A stretch of DNA of 64,000 nt from Candidatus Dormiibacterota bacterium (GTDB lineage Bacteria; Chloroflexota; Dormibacteria; Aeolococcales; Aeolococcaceae), in contig DATBEL010000060.1 of NCBI GenBank assembly GCA_036276135.1, forward strand, positions 3,066 to 67,065, given 5' to 3'. A program made the position numbers and the translations under genes. Under the pieces are notes generated by a model that made no database searches, was not told where the DNA came from, and worked only from the letters and a program-made list of their open reading frames with translations. Below, in pieces: positions 8,309 to 17,760 of this stretch. Numbering within the stretch: position 1 is the first letter of the stretch; each line of letters begins with the position of its first letter.

Positions 8309-9952
8309 TCAGTGAGTCGCCGCCCTTGGAGCCGCCGACCCGGCGGGAAGCACATCGCGGATGCGCAGGCAGAGGTGCAGGTTGAGGCGCGTGGCCGGGT
8401 CGTCGAGATGCAGGCCGCCGATCTCCTCGATGCGGCGCAGGCGATAGAGGACGGTGTTGCGGTGCAGGTGGAGGCGCTGCGCGGTGTCGGTCGGCGAACC
8501 GTGGCTGTGGAAAAAGGCGTCGAGGGTCTCCATCAGGCCCGAGCCGGTGCGCTCGTCGTACGCCACCAGGGCCCCGGCGGTCTGCTGGTAGAAGTCCTCC
8601 ATCTCGGCATGCTGGGTCATCGCCACCAGCAGGCGATGCAGGCCGAGGTCCGCGAAGGTTGCCACCGAGCGGGGCGCCGTGAGGCGAGCGCTGATGCGCA
8701 GCGCGTGCTCCGCCTCACGCTGCGACTGACGCACGCCCTGCGGACCACTCCGGGATCTCCCCACCCCGACGAGAACCTCGTCGCGCAGCGCGGCGGCACA
8801 GTCCGCCCTCAGGGCCTCGGCCACGCGCCTGGTGTGATCGACCACGTCGGCCGCCGCCTCGGCCAGGATGACGCATGCCGCGCCATCGTGCGCGGCCACC
8901 AGTGACCCCGGGGCGCTCCGCGCCAGGCAGCGTCGCGCTGCGACGGTGAGCGTATCGAGCGCCGCGGCACCGGAGTTATGGCTGCGTATGACAAGAACAC
9001 TGAAGTGGCCGTCGAGGTCGAACCCGAGCCGGCGCGCTCGCTCGGTGGCGCCGGCCTCGGACCCGTATGAGCCGTCGAGCAGGGCGGCGACCAGCTCGCC
9101 CTCGAGATCGTCGCGCGCTCGCAGCACGGCACGTTCTCGATCGAGCTCGATGGCGCACGCTGAGGCGCCCCGCGCCACCCCCACCCGGTCGATCTGGCCG
9201 AGCTCGTGCTCCTCGCCGATCAGCGACACGAAGCCGTGAACGCCGTCGCGACCGGGGATGGGCGCGACCAGCCGGGTGCGCCCTCGGGGCAGGCCGAACT
9301 CATTGACCGGCGGGTCGGCCGCCGGCACCACCTGCCCAGCAACCCAGCGCAGGAGCTCCTCGCCGTTGCCGAGCGCCTCGAGAACGGCGCCGGGGAGCTG
9401 CCCGGCAACACTGCGCAACCGGCCGCTGGCATCGTGCCACGCGACCACGCGGCCGGTGACCTCGCCCAGCCTGGCGACGATCGCGTCGGCGCCCGCTCCA
9501 CCCAGGGCGAGCTGCATCAACTCCATCTGGAGCAGCTGGGCCCGCTCGTGCAGCACGGTGCGCTGCTCGACGATGAATCGCACCACCGACTGCTGGATCT
9601 CGGTGACGTGAACGCCGTCCGGCAGCCGGAGCAGCGGCATGTGGCGCCGCTCGGCCACACCGAGGCTACCCGGCGATGCGTCACCGACAACCGCGACCGC
9701 GACCCCGCCCTTCTCGGCGAGCCCGGTCATCACGTCCGAGAGGTCGAGACGTTCGTCGAGCAGGCGGATCGACGCCACCGGGACCAGGGCCATCTCCCCG
9801 CCCTTGATGGCCTCGAACGCCGGTGGTCGCGTCCGGAGTGTCGTCGCCCATTCGACCCGGCGCTCCAGGCCGGCGCCACCGCCGAGCAGCTCGGAGCCCT
9901 CGGGCAGGGCCCCACGCCACACGTCGCGCACGGTGATCAGCGCACTCTCCAT
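8309..9952 (-). CDS. PucR-family transcriptional regulator
   Basis: ORF 8309..10330 trimmed to ATG 9952 (MESALITVRDVWRGALPEGSELLGG...); further upstream it would overlap the next gene. Has a PurC-like N domain and the C-terminal PucR HTH (TAQRLHLHRNTVLYRLRRIEEI). Confidence 0.85.
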   Translation of the reverse strand: MESALITVRDVWRGALPEGSELLGGGAGLERRVEWATTLRTRPPAFEAIKGGEMALVPVASIRLLDERLDLSDVMTGLAEKGGVAVAVVGDASPGSLGVAERRHMPLLRLPDGVHVTEIQQSVVRFIVEQRTVLHERAQLLQMELMQLALGGAGADAIVARLGEVTGRVVAWHDASGRLRSVAGQLPGAVLEALGNGEELLRWVAGQVVPAADPPVNEFGLPRGRTRLVAPIPGRDGVHGFVSLIGEEHELGQIDRVGVARGASACAIELDRERAVLRARDDLEGELVAALLDGSYGSEAGATERARRLGFDLDGHFSVLVIRSHNSGAAALDTLTVAARRCLARSAPGSLVAAHDGAACVILAEAAADVVDHTRRVAEALRADCAAALRDEVLVGVGRSRSGPQGVRQSQREAEHALRISARLTAPRSVATFADLGLHRLLVAMTQHAEMEDFYQQTAGALVAYDERTGSGLMETLDAFFHSHGSPTDTAQRLHLHRNTVLYRLRRIEEIGGLHLDDPATRLNLHLCLRIRDVLPAGSAAPRAATH

Positions 9953-9986
9953 CAGGGTGAACCGGGGGCGCGTTGTGGCCGCACGC

Positions 9987-11336
9987 TCAGGCTCGCTCCA
10001 GGTATCGCTCCAGCTCCCACCCCGTGACCTGACCACGGTATTCGCGCCATTCGGCGCGCTTGGCCTCGAGGAAGCGATCCGCCAGGTTATCGCCAAGAGC
10101 GTCACGAACAACGTCGTCGTCGGCGCAGGCGTCGACCGCGTCCTTGAGGTTGTCAGGGAGCAGGCCGACGTTGCGGCGCTCCAGCTCGACCTCGTCGAAC
10201 CCGTACAGCGCCTCCTCGACCGGTGGTGGCAGCGCCAGCCGCCGCTCCACGCCGTCCAGCCCGCAGCGGAGCATGACCGCGAATGCCAGGTAGGGATTGC
10301 ACGAGGGGTCGGGACTGCGCAGCTCCACACGCGCGGCCTGAGTGCGCGACACGTGGGGGACGCGGATCAACGCACCTCGGTTGGTGCGCGCCCAGGAGAG
10401 AAAGATCGGCGCCTCGAGACCACGGACGAGCCGTTTGTAGGAGTTGACCAGCGGCGCCAGCACCAGGCACATCCCCGCAGCGTGGTGCAGCTGGCCGGCG
10501 ATGAAGTGCTTGGCAACATCGCTGAGCCCGTAGTCGTCGGCACCCGCGAAGGCGTTGCCGCCACCACTGCGCCCGAGGCTCTGGTGCACGTGCATACCGC
10601 TACCCGGCTGATCGTTGAACGGCTTGGGCATGAAGCTGGCGATGAGGCCGGCGCGTTGGGCAACCGCCTGCATGGCGAGCCGGAAGGTGACCACCGCATC
10701 GGCCGCGGCAAGAACGTCGCCGGCGCCGAGGTCGACCTCGTGCTGGCCGGGCGCAACCTCGTGGTGGGCGCTGTTGACCTCGACGCCCACCGCCGCGGCG
10801 GCGGCCAGCATCGCCTGGCGCAGGTCGGTGGCACCGACGCCGGTGACGTCGAAGTAGCCGACGGCATCGTCGCCGCGGGCAATCGGCTGGCCGTCGGGGC
10901 CGCGCTCGAGCAGGAAGAACTCGATCTCGGGCCCGACGCGGTAGTCGTACCCGAGGGTGGCGGCGTGGTCGACAGCCCGCTGCAGCGCGCCGCGTGGGTC
11001 GCCGGTGTAGGGCTCACCGTCCGGCGTGCGGGCCCAGCAGATCAATCGGGCGGTCGGCTCGGCGGCCCACGGCAGCAGCTGGAGGGTTGCCGGGTCGGGC
11101 ACGAGGTACATGTCGCTCTCGGCGGTACGGGTGAACCCCTCCACCGAGCTGCCATCGAACCAGACGCCCCGTTCCAGGGCGGCATCGAGGCCCGTGGCCG
11201 GGATGGTCACCGTCTTGACGGTGCCAAGGACGTCGCTGAACTGGAGGTGGAGGTTGCGCACGCCTGCGTCCGCGACGCGGGCGGCGAGGTCGGGGGCCCC
11301 GGTCGCGCCAGAGGAGGTCGCCGGTCGAGAGCTCAT
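9987..11336 (-). CDS. glutamine synthetase-family ligase (GlnA2/3/4-like, possible gamma-glutamyl-amine synthetase)
   Basis: 449 aa; the ATG is preceded by AGGAGG. Has GS beta-grasp (FDGSSVEGF) and catalytic motifs (HHEVAPGQHEVD, FMPKPFNDQPGSGMHVHQSL, NRGALIRVP). Confidence 0.88.
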   Translation of the reverse strand: MSSRPATSSGATGAPDLAARVADAGVRNLHLQFSDVLGTVKTVTIPATGLDAALERGVWFDGSSVEGFTRTAESDMYLVPDPATLQLLPWAAEPTARLICWARTPDGEPYTGDPRGALQRAVDHAATLGYDYRVGPEIEFFLLERGPDGQPIARGDDAVGYFDVTGVGATDLRQAMLAAAAAVGVEVNSAHHEVAPGQHEVDLGAGDVLAAADAVVTFRLAMQAVAQRAGLIASFMPKPFNDQPGSGMHVHQSLGRSGGGNAFAGADDYGLSDVAKHFIAGQLHHAAGMCLVLAPLVNSYKRLVRGLEAPIFLSWARTNRGALIRVPHVSRTQAARVELRSPDPSCNPYLAFAVMLRCGLDGVERRLALPPPVEEALYGFDEVELERRNVGLLPDNLKDAVDACADDDVVRDALGDNLADRFLEAKRAEWREYRGQVTGWELERYLERA

Positions 11337-11360
11337 GGCATCCTCCTAGGGCGTGGCGCC

Positions 11361-12770
11361 CTAGAGCAATGGTCGATTTCGGGCATCGTAGCGTGTCCCG
11401 TCACTCCCCGCCACCTCCTTGGGCTCAGGGCTTGTGCTTCGCGCCTCAATCCTCGAGAGATCGTACGGCGCGGCCGCGGCCGGCCGCACCAGGTGCGTCC
11501 TGCAGATCTCGGCGAACACAGCCGCGCTGGGCTTGGGGATGCGTTCCATGGTCTGCCGGTCCACGGCGATGAGGCCGAACCGGCGCGAGTAGCCCTCTGC
11601 CCACTCGAAGTTGTCCATCGAGCTCCAGTGCAGGTAGCCGCGCACGTCGACACCGGCGGCCAGCGCGTCGCACACCGCCGCGAGGTGATCCACGATGAAG
11701 CCCGGCCGCAGCTCGTCGCGCTCGTCGGCGACCCCGTTCTCGGTGACGACGATGGGCCGGTGGAACTCCTCCCACAGCCGGGCCAGCGCCCGGCGGAGCG
11801 CGTCAGGTTCGATGGACCAGCCGAAGGATGAGAGCGGCAGGTCGGGAGCTGTGACGTTGTCGGCGAACAGCCCGCCCGGGTTGCGGACGTTGAACCTTAC
11901 CCTCTCTTCGCAGTAGAAGTTGACACCGAGGTAATCGATCGAGCCGCGCAGGCCGGCAACCGGCCGGCCGGCGCCGACCGGCGGCAGCATCCGGCCGCTG
12001 ACGCAGGCGCGCAGGAACCAGCGGTTGAACAACCAATTGGGGATCACCGTCGCGGCCCGATCCGCGGCGGAGCGCGGGTTCAGCGCGCGCAGCGGCCGCT
12101 CGTGGTGGGCGATGGAGACGCGGGCCGTCCACCCGTGGGCCGCGGCAACCTTGTGCACGGCCGTGTAGCCGGCCGCGTGCATCCGAGCCAGGCCGGCAAG
12201 CGCCGCCAGGAAGCCGCGCGTCCCCCGTCGCAGAGGCGGCCATTCGCCGTACAGGTAGCCGAAGACCGCGAGGACTGACGGCTCGTTGATGGTGATCCAC
12301 CAGCACACCTCAGCTCCGATCGCCTCCGCGCACACCGCAGCGAAGCGCGCGAAGAGCCGCGCCGCGTCGGGGTCGAGGACTCCGCCGCGATCCGCGAGCC
12401 AGGTGGGCAGCGTGAAGTGGTGCAGCGTCACCACCGGTTCGAGGCGCAGCGCGCGACAGGTGTGGACGACGTCACGGTAGTGGCGGAGCTCGACAGGGTC
12501 GAACACCCCCTCGCGTGGCTCGACGCGTGACCATTCGAGGGAGAAGCGGTAGGCGTTGTGCCCCATGCCCGCGAGCAGCTCCAGGTCGGCTCGGTAGCGC
12601 GCGTGATGGTCACAGGCCACACCCGACACGCTGCCGTCCTTGATCCGCTCAGGGTGCTCGCGCTCCATGCGCGACCAGTCGTTGTCGAGCCCACCCTCGA
12701 CCTGGTGGGCGGCGGTGGCGCAGCCGAGGAGAAAGGCGTCCGGCAGACGTCGGCCCCGATGAACAGGCAC
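11361..12770 (-). CDS. GH1 family beta-glucosidase
   Basis: Contains FLLGCATAAHQVEG, YRFSLEWSRVEP, ITINEP (acid/base) and VVTENG (nucleophile). Start set at in-frame GTG 12770 just before the conserved N-terminus; the ORF track extends to 12968. Confidence 0.83.
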   Translation of the reverse strand: MPVHRGRRLPDAFLLGCATAAHQVEGGLDNDWSRMEREHPERIKDGSVSGVACDHHARYRADLELLAGMGHNAYRFSLEWSRVEPREGVFDPVELRHYRDVVHTCRALRLEPVVTLHHFTLPTWLADRGGVLDPDAARLFARFAAVCAEAIGAEVCWWITINEPSVLAVFGYLYGEWPPLRRGTRGFLAALAGLARMHAAGYTAVHKVAAAHGWTARVSIAHHERPLRALNPRSAADRAATVIPNWLFNRWFLRACVSGRMLPPVGAGRPVAGLRGSIDYLGVNFYCEERVRFNVRNPGGLFADNVTAPDLPLSSFGWSIEPDALRRALARLWEEFHRPIVVTENGVADERDELRPGFIVDHLAAVCDALAAGVDVRGYLHWSSMDNFEWAEGYSRRFGLIAVDRQTMERIPKPSAAVFAEICRTHLVRPAAAAPYDLSRIEARSTSPEPKEVAGSDGTRYDARNRPLL

Positions 12771-12817
12771 GTGCCCATAATGGCGCCCGTCCCGTTGGCG
12801 GTGGGTTCGGAGGCAGG

Positions 12818-13039
12818 ATGAGCGAGAGCGTCGCGACGCAGTCGGGCGCAGGTGCGCAACCGCGCGTGCCCGGCACCGTGCAGTTGATGACCAGCGAGCC
12901 GATCTCGATGCCGGCCTCGGCCGCGGACGGGCAGAGCTCGCTGCGCGAGCAGCTCGAGGAGCGGCCATGGCTGCTCGCGGTCGGTTTCCTCGCGCTGGTG
13001 GGCTTCTTCCTGCTGCTGCGCGCGCGTCGCCCGGACTGA
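12818..13039 (+). CDS. small tail-anchored membrane protein (ElaB/YqjD/DUF883-like C-terminus)
   Basis: ATG lies 4 nt after GGAGG, and third-position GC is very high. The C-terminus EERPWLLAVGFLALVGFFLLLRARR resembles tail-anchor motifs. Confidence 0.45.
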   Translation: MSESVATQSGAGAQPRVPGTVQLMTSEPISMPASAADGQSSLREQLEERPWLLAVGFLALVGFFLLLRARRPD

Positions 13040-13043
13040 TCGA

Positions 13044-14150
13044 TCAGCCTCGCTTCGACGGGCGTCGCGACGGGGCCCTGGCTCGGCCGCCAGCGGCTGC
13101 CGGCGCCGGGGCGCCGGCGAGAGCTGCCGGCAGCGGGGGCGGTGGCACCGGCGGCGGAGCTGCGGGGCCGCTGAAGATGTCGAGAAAGAGCGTCTCGAAG
13201 GTCAGCCGCGGCTGCGCGTACTGGGATATCTCGGCGCGAGCCCGCAGCAGCAGACCGAGGATGTCGGTGAGCCGCGCCACGCCGAGGCTCTCCGCCCAGC
13301 GCTCGAGCGGATCGGCGTACTCGGTCCACAGGCGCAGCTGCGGGGTCGAAGCGGCCTGGCAGAGCGCGTCGCGGACGAACGACGACCAGACCGAGAGCAG
13401 CAGGGTGGCCCGCTCGCGGCCCTCGACCCCCGCGCCCGGGGTCAGCTCCGAGGCGGCGCGGAGCGCGCCCTCCATGCCACCCCCGGCGATCGCCAGGAAA
13501 GCGTGCAGGGCCTCCACCTCGGCCACCATGACACCTGGCTGCGAGGCCAGGCGGTGGGCCCGGCCGGGACGGCCTCCGCTCAACGCCGAGGCGAGCGCCG
13601 CGACTCGCGTGTCGACGCCACGCTGCTGGAGCCACGACGCGATGCTCACGACGTCGACCGTCGTCAGCGCCACCTGCCGCGTCCGCGACAGGAGCGTGGC
13701 CGGCAGCGCCTCGGGGTTGGCGGCACAGAGGACGATCACGGTGTTCGGCGGCGGCTCCTCGAGCGTCTTGAGCAGGGCGTCGGCCGCCTGCTCGGTCAGC
13801 CGGTCGGCGCGTGCCACCACCGCAACGCGCATGCCGCCCGCGTAGGTCCGCAGCGACATCGCATCCTGGAGGCTGGGCCCGGCCTCGGCATGGGCGCCCG
13901 GACGAACCCGGTCGATGCCGATGCGCTCGGCGTCGGAGTCCTCCAGCCAGAGGTCGGGGTGGGCGAGCAACCCGCCGGGCCAGCTGTCGCCGTCGAGGAT
14001 CGCGCCGGCGAGCTGGAGGGCGGTGGCCGTCTTGCCCACCCCGGAGGGCCCGGTGAGCAGCAGCGCATGGCCCAGGCGCCCGTCGGCGTGGGCGGTCACA
14101 AGGCGGGCGAACACCGCCTCGTTGCCAATCACCGGCGGGGGGGCGGCCAT
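13044..14150 (-). CDS. holB: DNA polymerase III delta-prime subunit
   Basis: Contains GHALLLTGPSGVGKTATA, LLKTLEEPPPNTVIVL and LLSRTRQV. Start set to ATG 14150 (MAAPPPVIGNEAV). The C-terminal tail is Pro/Ala-rich. Confidence 0.85.
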   Translation of the reverse strand: MAAPPPVIGNEAVFARLVTAHADGRLGHALLLTGPSGVGKTATALQLAGAILDGDSWPGGLLAHPDLWLEDSDAERIGIDRVRPGAHAEAGPSLQDAMSLRTYAGGMRVAVVARADRLTEQAADALLKTLEEPPPNTVIVLCAANPEALPATLLSRTRQVALTTVDVVSIASWLQQRGVDTRVAALASALSGGRPGRAHRLASQPGVMVAEVEALHAFLAIAGGGMEGALRAASELTPGAGVEGRERATLLLSVWSSFVRDALCQAASTPQLRLWTEYADPLERWAESLGVARLTDILGLLLRARAEISQYAQPRLTFETLFLDIFSGPAAPPPVPPPPLPAALAGAPAPAAAGGRARAPSRRPSKRG

Positions 14151-14259
14151 CTCGCGATTGTGCAGAATTGGGCCGCCCGTGCCCCTGCTCCCAGCGCCCC
14201 GGGGCGCCTCCGCCGCGCCCCTGCCGCAACGAGCGAACACCGCTCGTTACTGCCTCTGG

Positions 14260-15162
14260 ATGGGCGCTCCGCTGGCCTTGGTGACGTTCCTGGCCTCGAC
14301 GCAGAACGTCAGCGACCCGGCCGCTCGCGCCGCGTTGATCGCCGCGGCGTTGGTCTCACCAGTGGTGCTGGTCTACGTCGGCCTGCGCGTCAACGTCGAC
14401 CACGATCCGGCGGCGCTGCCGGCCGCGCGCACCGGCGTGGGGCGGGCGGGCCGCTGGGATTGGACTGACGTCATCGCGTTCCTACCGGCGGCGGCTGCCG
14501 CCGTCTTCGTCACCGCCAGCCTGGTGGTCGGTGTCACCCAGGCCGCCGACCGCTCCCTCCAGCCGTCAGCACGGACGGCGGTGGAGGCCTTTGCGGGCCA
14601 GGCCGCCTCCTACGCGGCGGCGCTCACCGCCCTGCTCGTGCTGCTGCGGCTGCGCCGCGGGTTGAGCCTCACCGACCTGGGCTGGCGGCTGCCGCGAGCG
14701 CTGGGCCGCGCCGGGTGGCTGCCCTGGCTGGCGATCAGCCTGGTCGGCGCCATCGTCGCGCTCGAGGTGGCCGACTGGCTGGCGTCCCTCGCCACCCAGG
14801 TGCTCCCCAACTCACCGAACAGCCAGTGCACCACGGTTCGAGACCAATACGGGGGGTACCTCGCGGTGGCCATCCCGCTGGTGTGCCTGATCGCACCGCT
14901 CAGCGAGGAGACCATCTTCCGGGGCTTCATCTACGGGTGGCTGCGGCGCCGCCTGCCGGTGCTTCCCGCCGTCGGGATCAGCGCCGTGGTCTTCTCGGCC
15001 GCACACCTCGTGCTGGTGCTCGCCCTGCCGCTGTTCGCTGTGGGCGTGATCCTCGCCCTGCTCTACGAGTACTCGGACTCACTGCTCCCCGGCGCGCTGG
15101 TGCACGGGCTCTTCAACCTCGTCGGCATCCTGGCAATTCTCGGAGCCACCACCAGCTGCTGA
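14260..15162 (+). CDS. CPBP-family (CAAX) intramembrane glutamic protease
   Basis: ORF 13915..15162 trimmed to ATG 14260. Motifs SEETIFRG, FSAAH and VHGLFN sit in a polytopic membrane protein. Confidence 0.85.
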   Translation: MGAPLALVTFLASTQNVSDPAARAALIAAALVSPVVLVYVGLRVNVDHDPAALPAARTGVGRAGRWDWTDVIAFLPAAAAAVFVTASLVVGVTQAADRSLQPSARTAVEAFAGQAASYAAALTALLVLLRLRRGLSLTDLGWRLPRALGRAGWLPWLAISLVGAIVALEVADWLASLATQVLPNSPNSQCTTVRDQYGGYLAVAIPLVCLIAPLSEETIFRGFIYGWLRRRLPVLPAVGISAVVFSAAHLVLVLALPLFAVGVILALLYEYSDSLLPGALVHGLFNLVGILAILGATTSC

Positions 15163-15170
15163 GCGCTGCC

Positions 15171-15947
15171 TCAGAGGGACGACTGGATGAGGCCGCCGTC
15201 CACCGCCAGGGTCACGCCGGTGATGTAGCTCGCGCCTGGGGAGCTGAGGAACACCGCTGCACGCGCGAACTCGGCGGGGTCACCGAAACGGCCCAGCGGC
15301 ACCGTCTTGGCTTCCTCTGCGATGGCCTGCTCCAGGTCTTCGTGCGGGTGACGCTGGCGCATCAGCGACTCCTGGCGGCCGGTGCGAATCCGTCCCGGCA
15401 TGATCGTGTTGACCCGGATCGGCGCAAGCTCGCCGGCCAGGGTCTTGGCCAGCCCCGTGACCGCGGCGCGCAGCGAGTTGCTGAGCAGCAGACCAGCGAT
15501 CGGTTGGCGGACGGCGGACGAGGTCACGAAGAGGATGCTGGCTGCGTCGGAGCGGCGCAATGCCGGCAACGCGGTGCGCACCAGGTGCACCGAGCTCATC
15601 AGCAGAAGCTGGAACGTCTGGTTCCACTCATCGTCGGCGACGGAATCGAAGGTCCCGGTCGGTGGGCCGCCGGCGTTCACGATGAGTGCGTCCAGCCTCC
15701 CGGTGCCGGCCACCGTACGTTGCACCGCGGCCTCCACCGCAGCCTCGTCGGTCACATCGGCAACCGACGGGATGGCGCGGGCTCCGGTTTCACGGATGCT
15801 CGCGCTCGCATCCTCGAGCGCATCGGCGTCGCGGGCGCACAGCCCGACATCGCTGCCCTCGGCGGCGAATTGGAGGGCGATGGCGCGGCCCATGCCACGG
15901 CTGGCGGCGGCGACGAATGCGGTGCGCCCTCTGAGTCCCAGGTCCAC
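15171..15947 (-). CDS. SDR-family oxidoreductase
   Basis: Rossmann motif AFVAAASRGMGRA and NAGG are present, and the length is SDR-typical. GTG 15947 is chosen; the ORF track start is 15977. Confidence 0.86.
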   Translation of the reverse strand: MDLGLRGRTAFVAAASRGMGRAIALQFAAEGSDVGLCARDADALEDASASIRETGARAIPSVADVTDEAAVEAAVQRTVAGTGRLDALIVNAGGPPTGTFDSVADDEWNQTFQLLLMSSVHLVRTALPALRRSDAASILFVTSSAVRQPIAGLLLSNSLRAAVTGLAKTLAGELAPIRVNTIMPGRIRTGRQESLMRQRHPHEDLEQAIAEEAKTVPLGRFGDPAEFARAAVFLSSPGASYITGVTLAVDGGLIQSSL

Positions 15948-16013
15948 CGGTGTGCTCCTCTCTGATCCGCGGCACACACTACTCGACGGCGCCGGCTCAG
16001 GCTCGCGCGGGGG

Positions 16014-16622
16014 TCACGTGTCGGCCGGCGCGGTCTTCAGGGACTGGCGCCAGACGAACCAGATGCGCTGCACCGCGGTGACGTTGGTGAGCACCGCCAA
16101 TGCCACCAGGCAGCCGAACAACAGTGGAGGCACGAGCAGGCCGACGACGGTGAGCACCACGCGCTCCGGCCTGGCGAAGATGCCTCCGTCACACACGAAG
16201 CCCAGCGACTGCGCCCGGGCGCGGACATATGACACCAGCAGCGAGCCGGTGAGCGCCAGGATGACCAGCATCGGTTCGACAGCATGGTGGCCGGGCAGCG
16301 TGATCGTGAAGTACCAGAGCAGGGCGATGTAGGTGAACGACTCCGCGTACCGGTCGGTGGTGGAGTCGAGGAACGCGCCGTACCGGTACACCTTGCCGGT
16401 GACCCGCGCCACCGCACCGTCGAGGATGTCGAAGGCGCTGGCGAGCAGCAGCAGGATCCCACCGGCGATGAGATAGCCGGTGGCGACGAGCACCGCGGAA
16501 GCAGCGCAGATCGCCAAACCGATGAGGGTGAGCGCGTTGGGGGTGAAGCCGAGGAGCCGCAGCGCGGGCACGATGCGCCGCGCCCCGGCCCTAACCCACT
16601 CCTGAAACCTGGCGGTGAACAC
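16014..16622 (-). CDS. pgsA: CDP-alcohol phosphatidyltransferase (phosphatidylinositol-phosphate synthase type)
   Basis: Perfect D-x2-DG-x2-AR-x8-G-x3-D-x3-D motif (DILDGAVARVTGKVYRYGAFLDSTTDR). GTG start; overlaps the upstream gene by 32 nt. Confidence 0.87.
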   Translation of the reverse strand: MFTARFQEWVRAGARRIVPALRLLGFTPNALTLIGLAICAASAVLVATGYLIAGGILLLLASAFDILDGAVARVTGKVYRYGAFLDSTTDRYAESFTYIALLWYFTITLPGHHAVEPMLVILALTGSLLVSYVRARAQSLGFVCDGGIFARPERVVLTVVGLLVPPLLFGCLVALAVLTNVTAVQRIWFVWRQSLKTAPADT

Positions 16623-17760
16623 CGGCTGCCACCGTGTGCGCGCGCGATCGCCCGCGCGCCTCCTCGTACACGTCGAGGACCGAGTCCGCGACGCGATGCC
16701 AGTCGTACTGCTGTGCGGTGCGCACGCCGTGGGCGCTCATCGAGCGGCAGAGGTCGTCGTCGTTGAGCAGGGTGTCGATGGCCTGAGCGAGGACACGGGG
16801 TTGCTTGGGCGGCACCAGGAGACCGTCCTTGCCGCCCCCGATCACCGCCGTGAACCCGGGGATCGCCGAGGCGAGCACCGGGACGCCGCTGGCCATCGCC
16901 TCGAGCAGCACGATCCCGAAGCTCTCGCCACCAGTGGCCGGGCTGCAGAAGATGTCGGCGGACGTGTAGTACCGCGGGAGCATCTCGTTGCTGATCCGAC
17001 CGGCGAACCACACGTCGGGGATGCCGAACGAGTCGACCTGACGCTCGTATCCCTCTCGCTGCGGTCCATCGCCGACGGCGACCAGGCGCACGTCAGACCG
17101 GCGCCGGCGCAGCAGCGCATACGCCTCGAGAAGGATGCCGAAGCCCTTGCGCTGCTCCATGCGGCCGACGAAGAGGATCGTCTTCATGCCGGGGCTGCGC
17201 AGCTCGGGGACGGGTGGGCGGTCAGGGGAGAACCGCGTCGTGTCGATGCCATTGGGCACGATGCGGTAATCCCCTGGGAAGTAGCGCGAGATGAATTGAC
17301 GCGCCGGGACGCTCACGGCGATGCATGCGTGCAGTCGCCTGAAGTAGCGAGCGAGGAAGGGACGCCCGTAGTAGTAGCCGAGGTTGCGTCGCGCATGGGT
17401 GTGGAAGGTGGCGACATTGGCGCCGCGATGGAAGCGCAACACGGTGATGGGCAGCGACGGCACCAGCGGCTCATGGTAGTGGACGACATCGAAGTCGCTG
17501 TCGTCGAGCAGCGCGCGGACACGTCGCACCAGGTGAAAGCTGAGCGCGATCCGTGCCACCGAGCCGTTCGACTTCACCGGCACGCTGCGCCCGATGCGCA
17601 CATACCCGGGGATGCCGTGGTCATCGCCGACCTTGCTCGACGGCGCCAGCACGGTCACGGTGTGACCGCGCTCGCGCAGCGTGTCGGCGAGGTGCCTGAC
17701 GTGCTCGGTCACGCCACCCGGGTGCATGTAGTCGTACGGCGAAACGAGGCAGACCTTCAC
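16591..17760 (-). CDS. pimA: GT4 glycosyltransferase, PimA-like (phosphatidylinositol mannosyltransferase candidate)
   Basis: ORF 16591..18291 trimmed to GTG 17760, which overlaps the upstream stop as GTGA. Contains VKVCLVSPYDYMHPGGVTEHV and the EX7E motif GGESFGIVLLEAMASG. The operon context is pgsA plus an acyltransferase. Confidence 0.85.
   Translation of the reverse strand: MKVCLVSPYDYMHPGGVTEHVRHLADTLRERGHTVTVLAPSSKVGDDHGIPGYVRIGRSVPVKSNGSVARIALSFHLVRRVRALLDDSDFDVVHYHEPLVPSLPITVLRFHRGANVATFHTHARRNLGYYYGRPFLARYFRRLHACIAVSVPARQFISRYFPGDYRIVPNGIDTTRFSPDRPPVPELRSPGMKTILFVGRMEQRKGFGILLEAYALLRRRRSDVRLVAVGDGPQREGYERQVDSFGIPDVWFAGRISNEMLPRYYTSADIFCSPATGGESFGIVLLEAMASGVPVLASAIPGFTAVIGGGKDGLLVPPKQPRVLAQAIDTLLNDDDLCRSMSAHGVRTAQQYDWHRVADSVLDVYEEARGRSRAHTVAAGVHRQVSGVG

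Noticed and set aside
9639-11831. 730-aa + strand ORF
   Set aside because: It is antisense to the PucR, GS-like and GH1 genes, has no domain signature and shows shadow-ORF composition.
12649-14229. 526-aa minus-strand ORF
   Set aside because: It is an alternative frame of the holB region with extremely Arg/Pro/Gly-rich translation. The holB frame carries the clamp-loader motifs.
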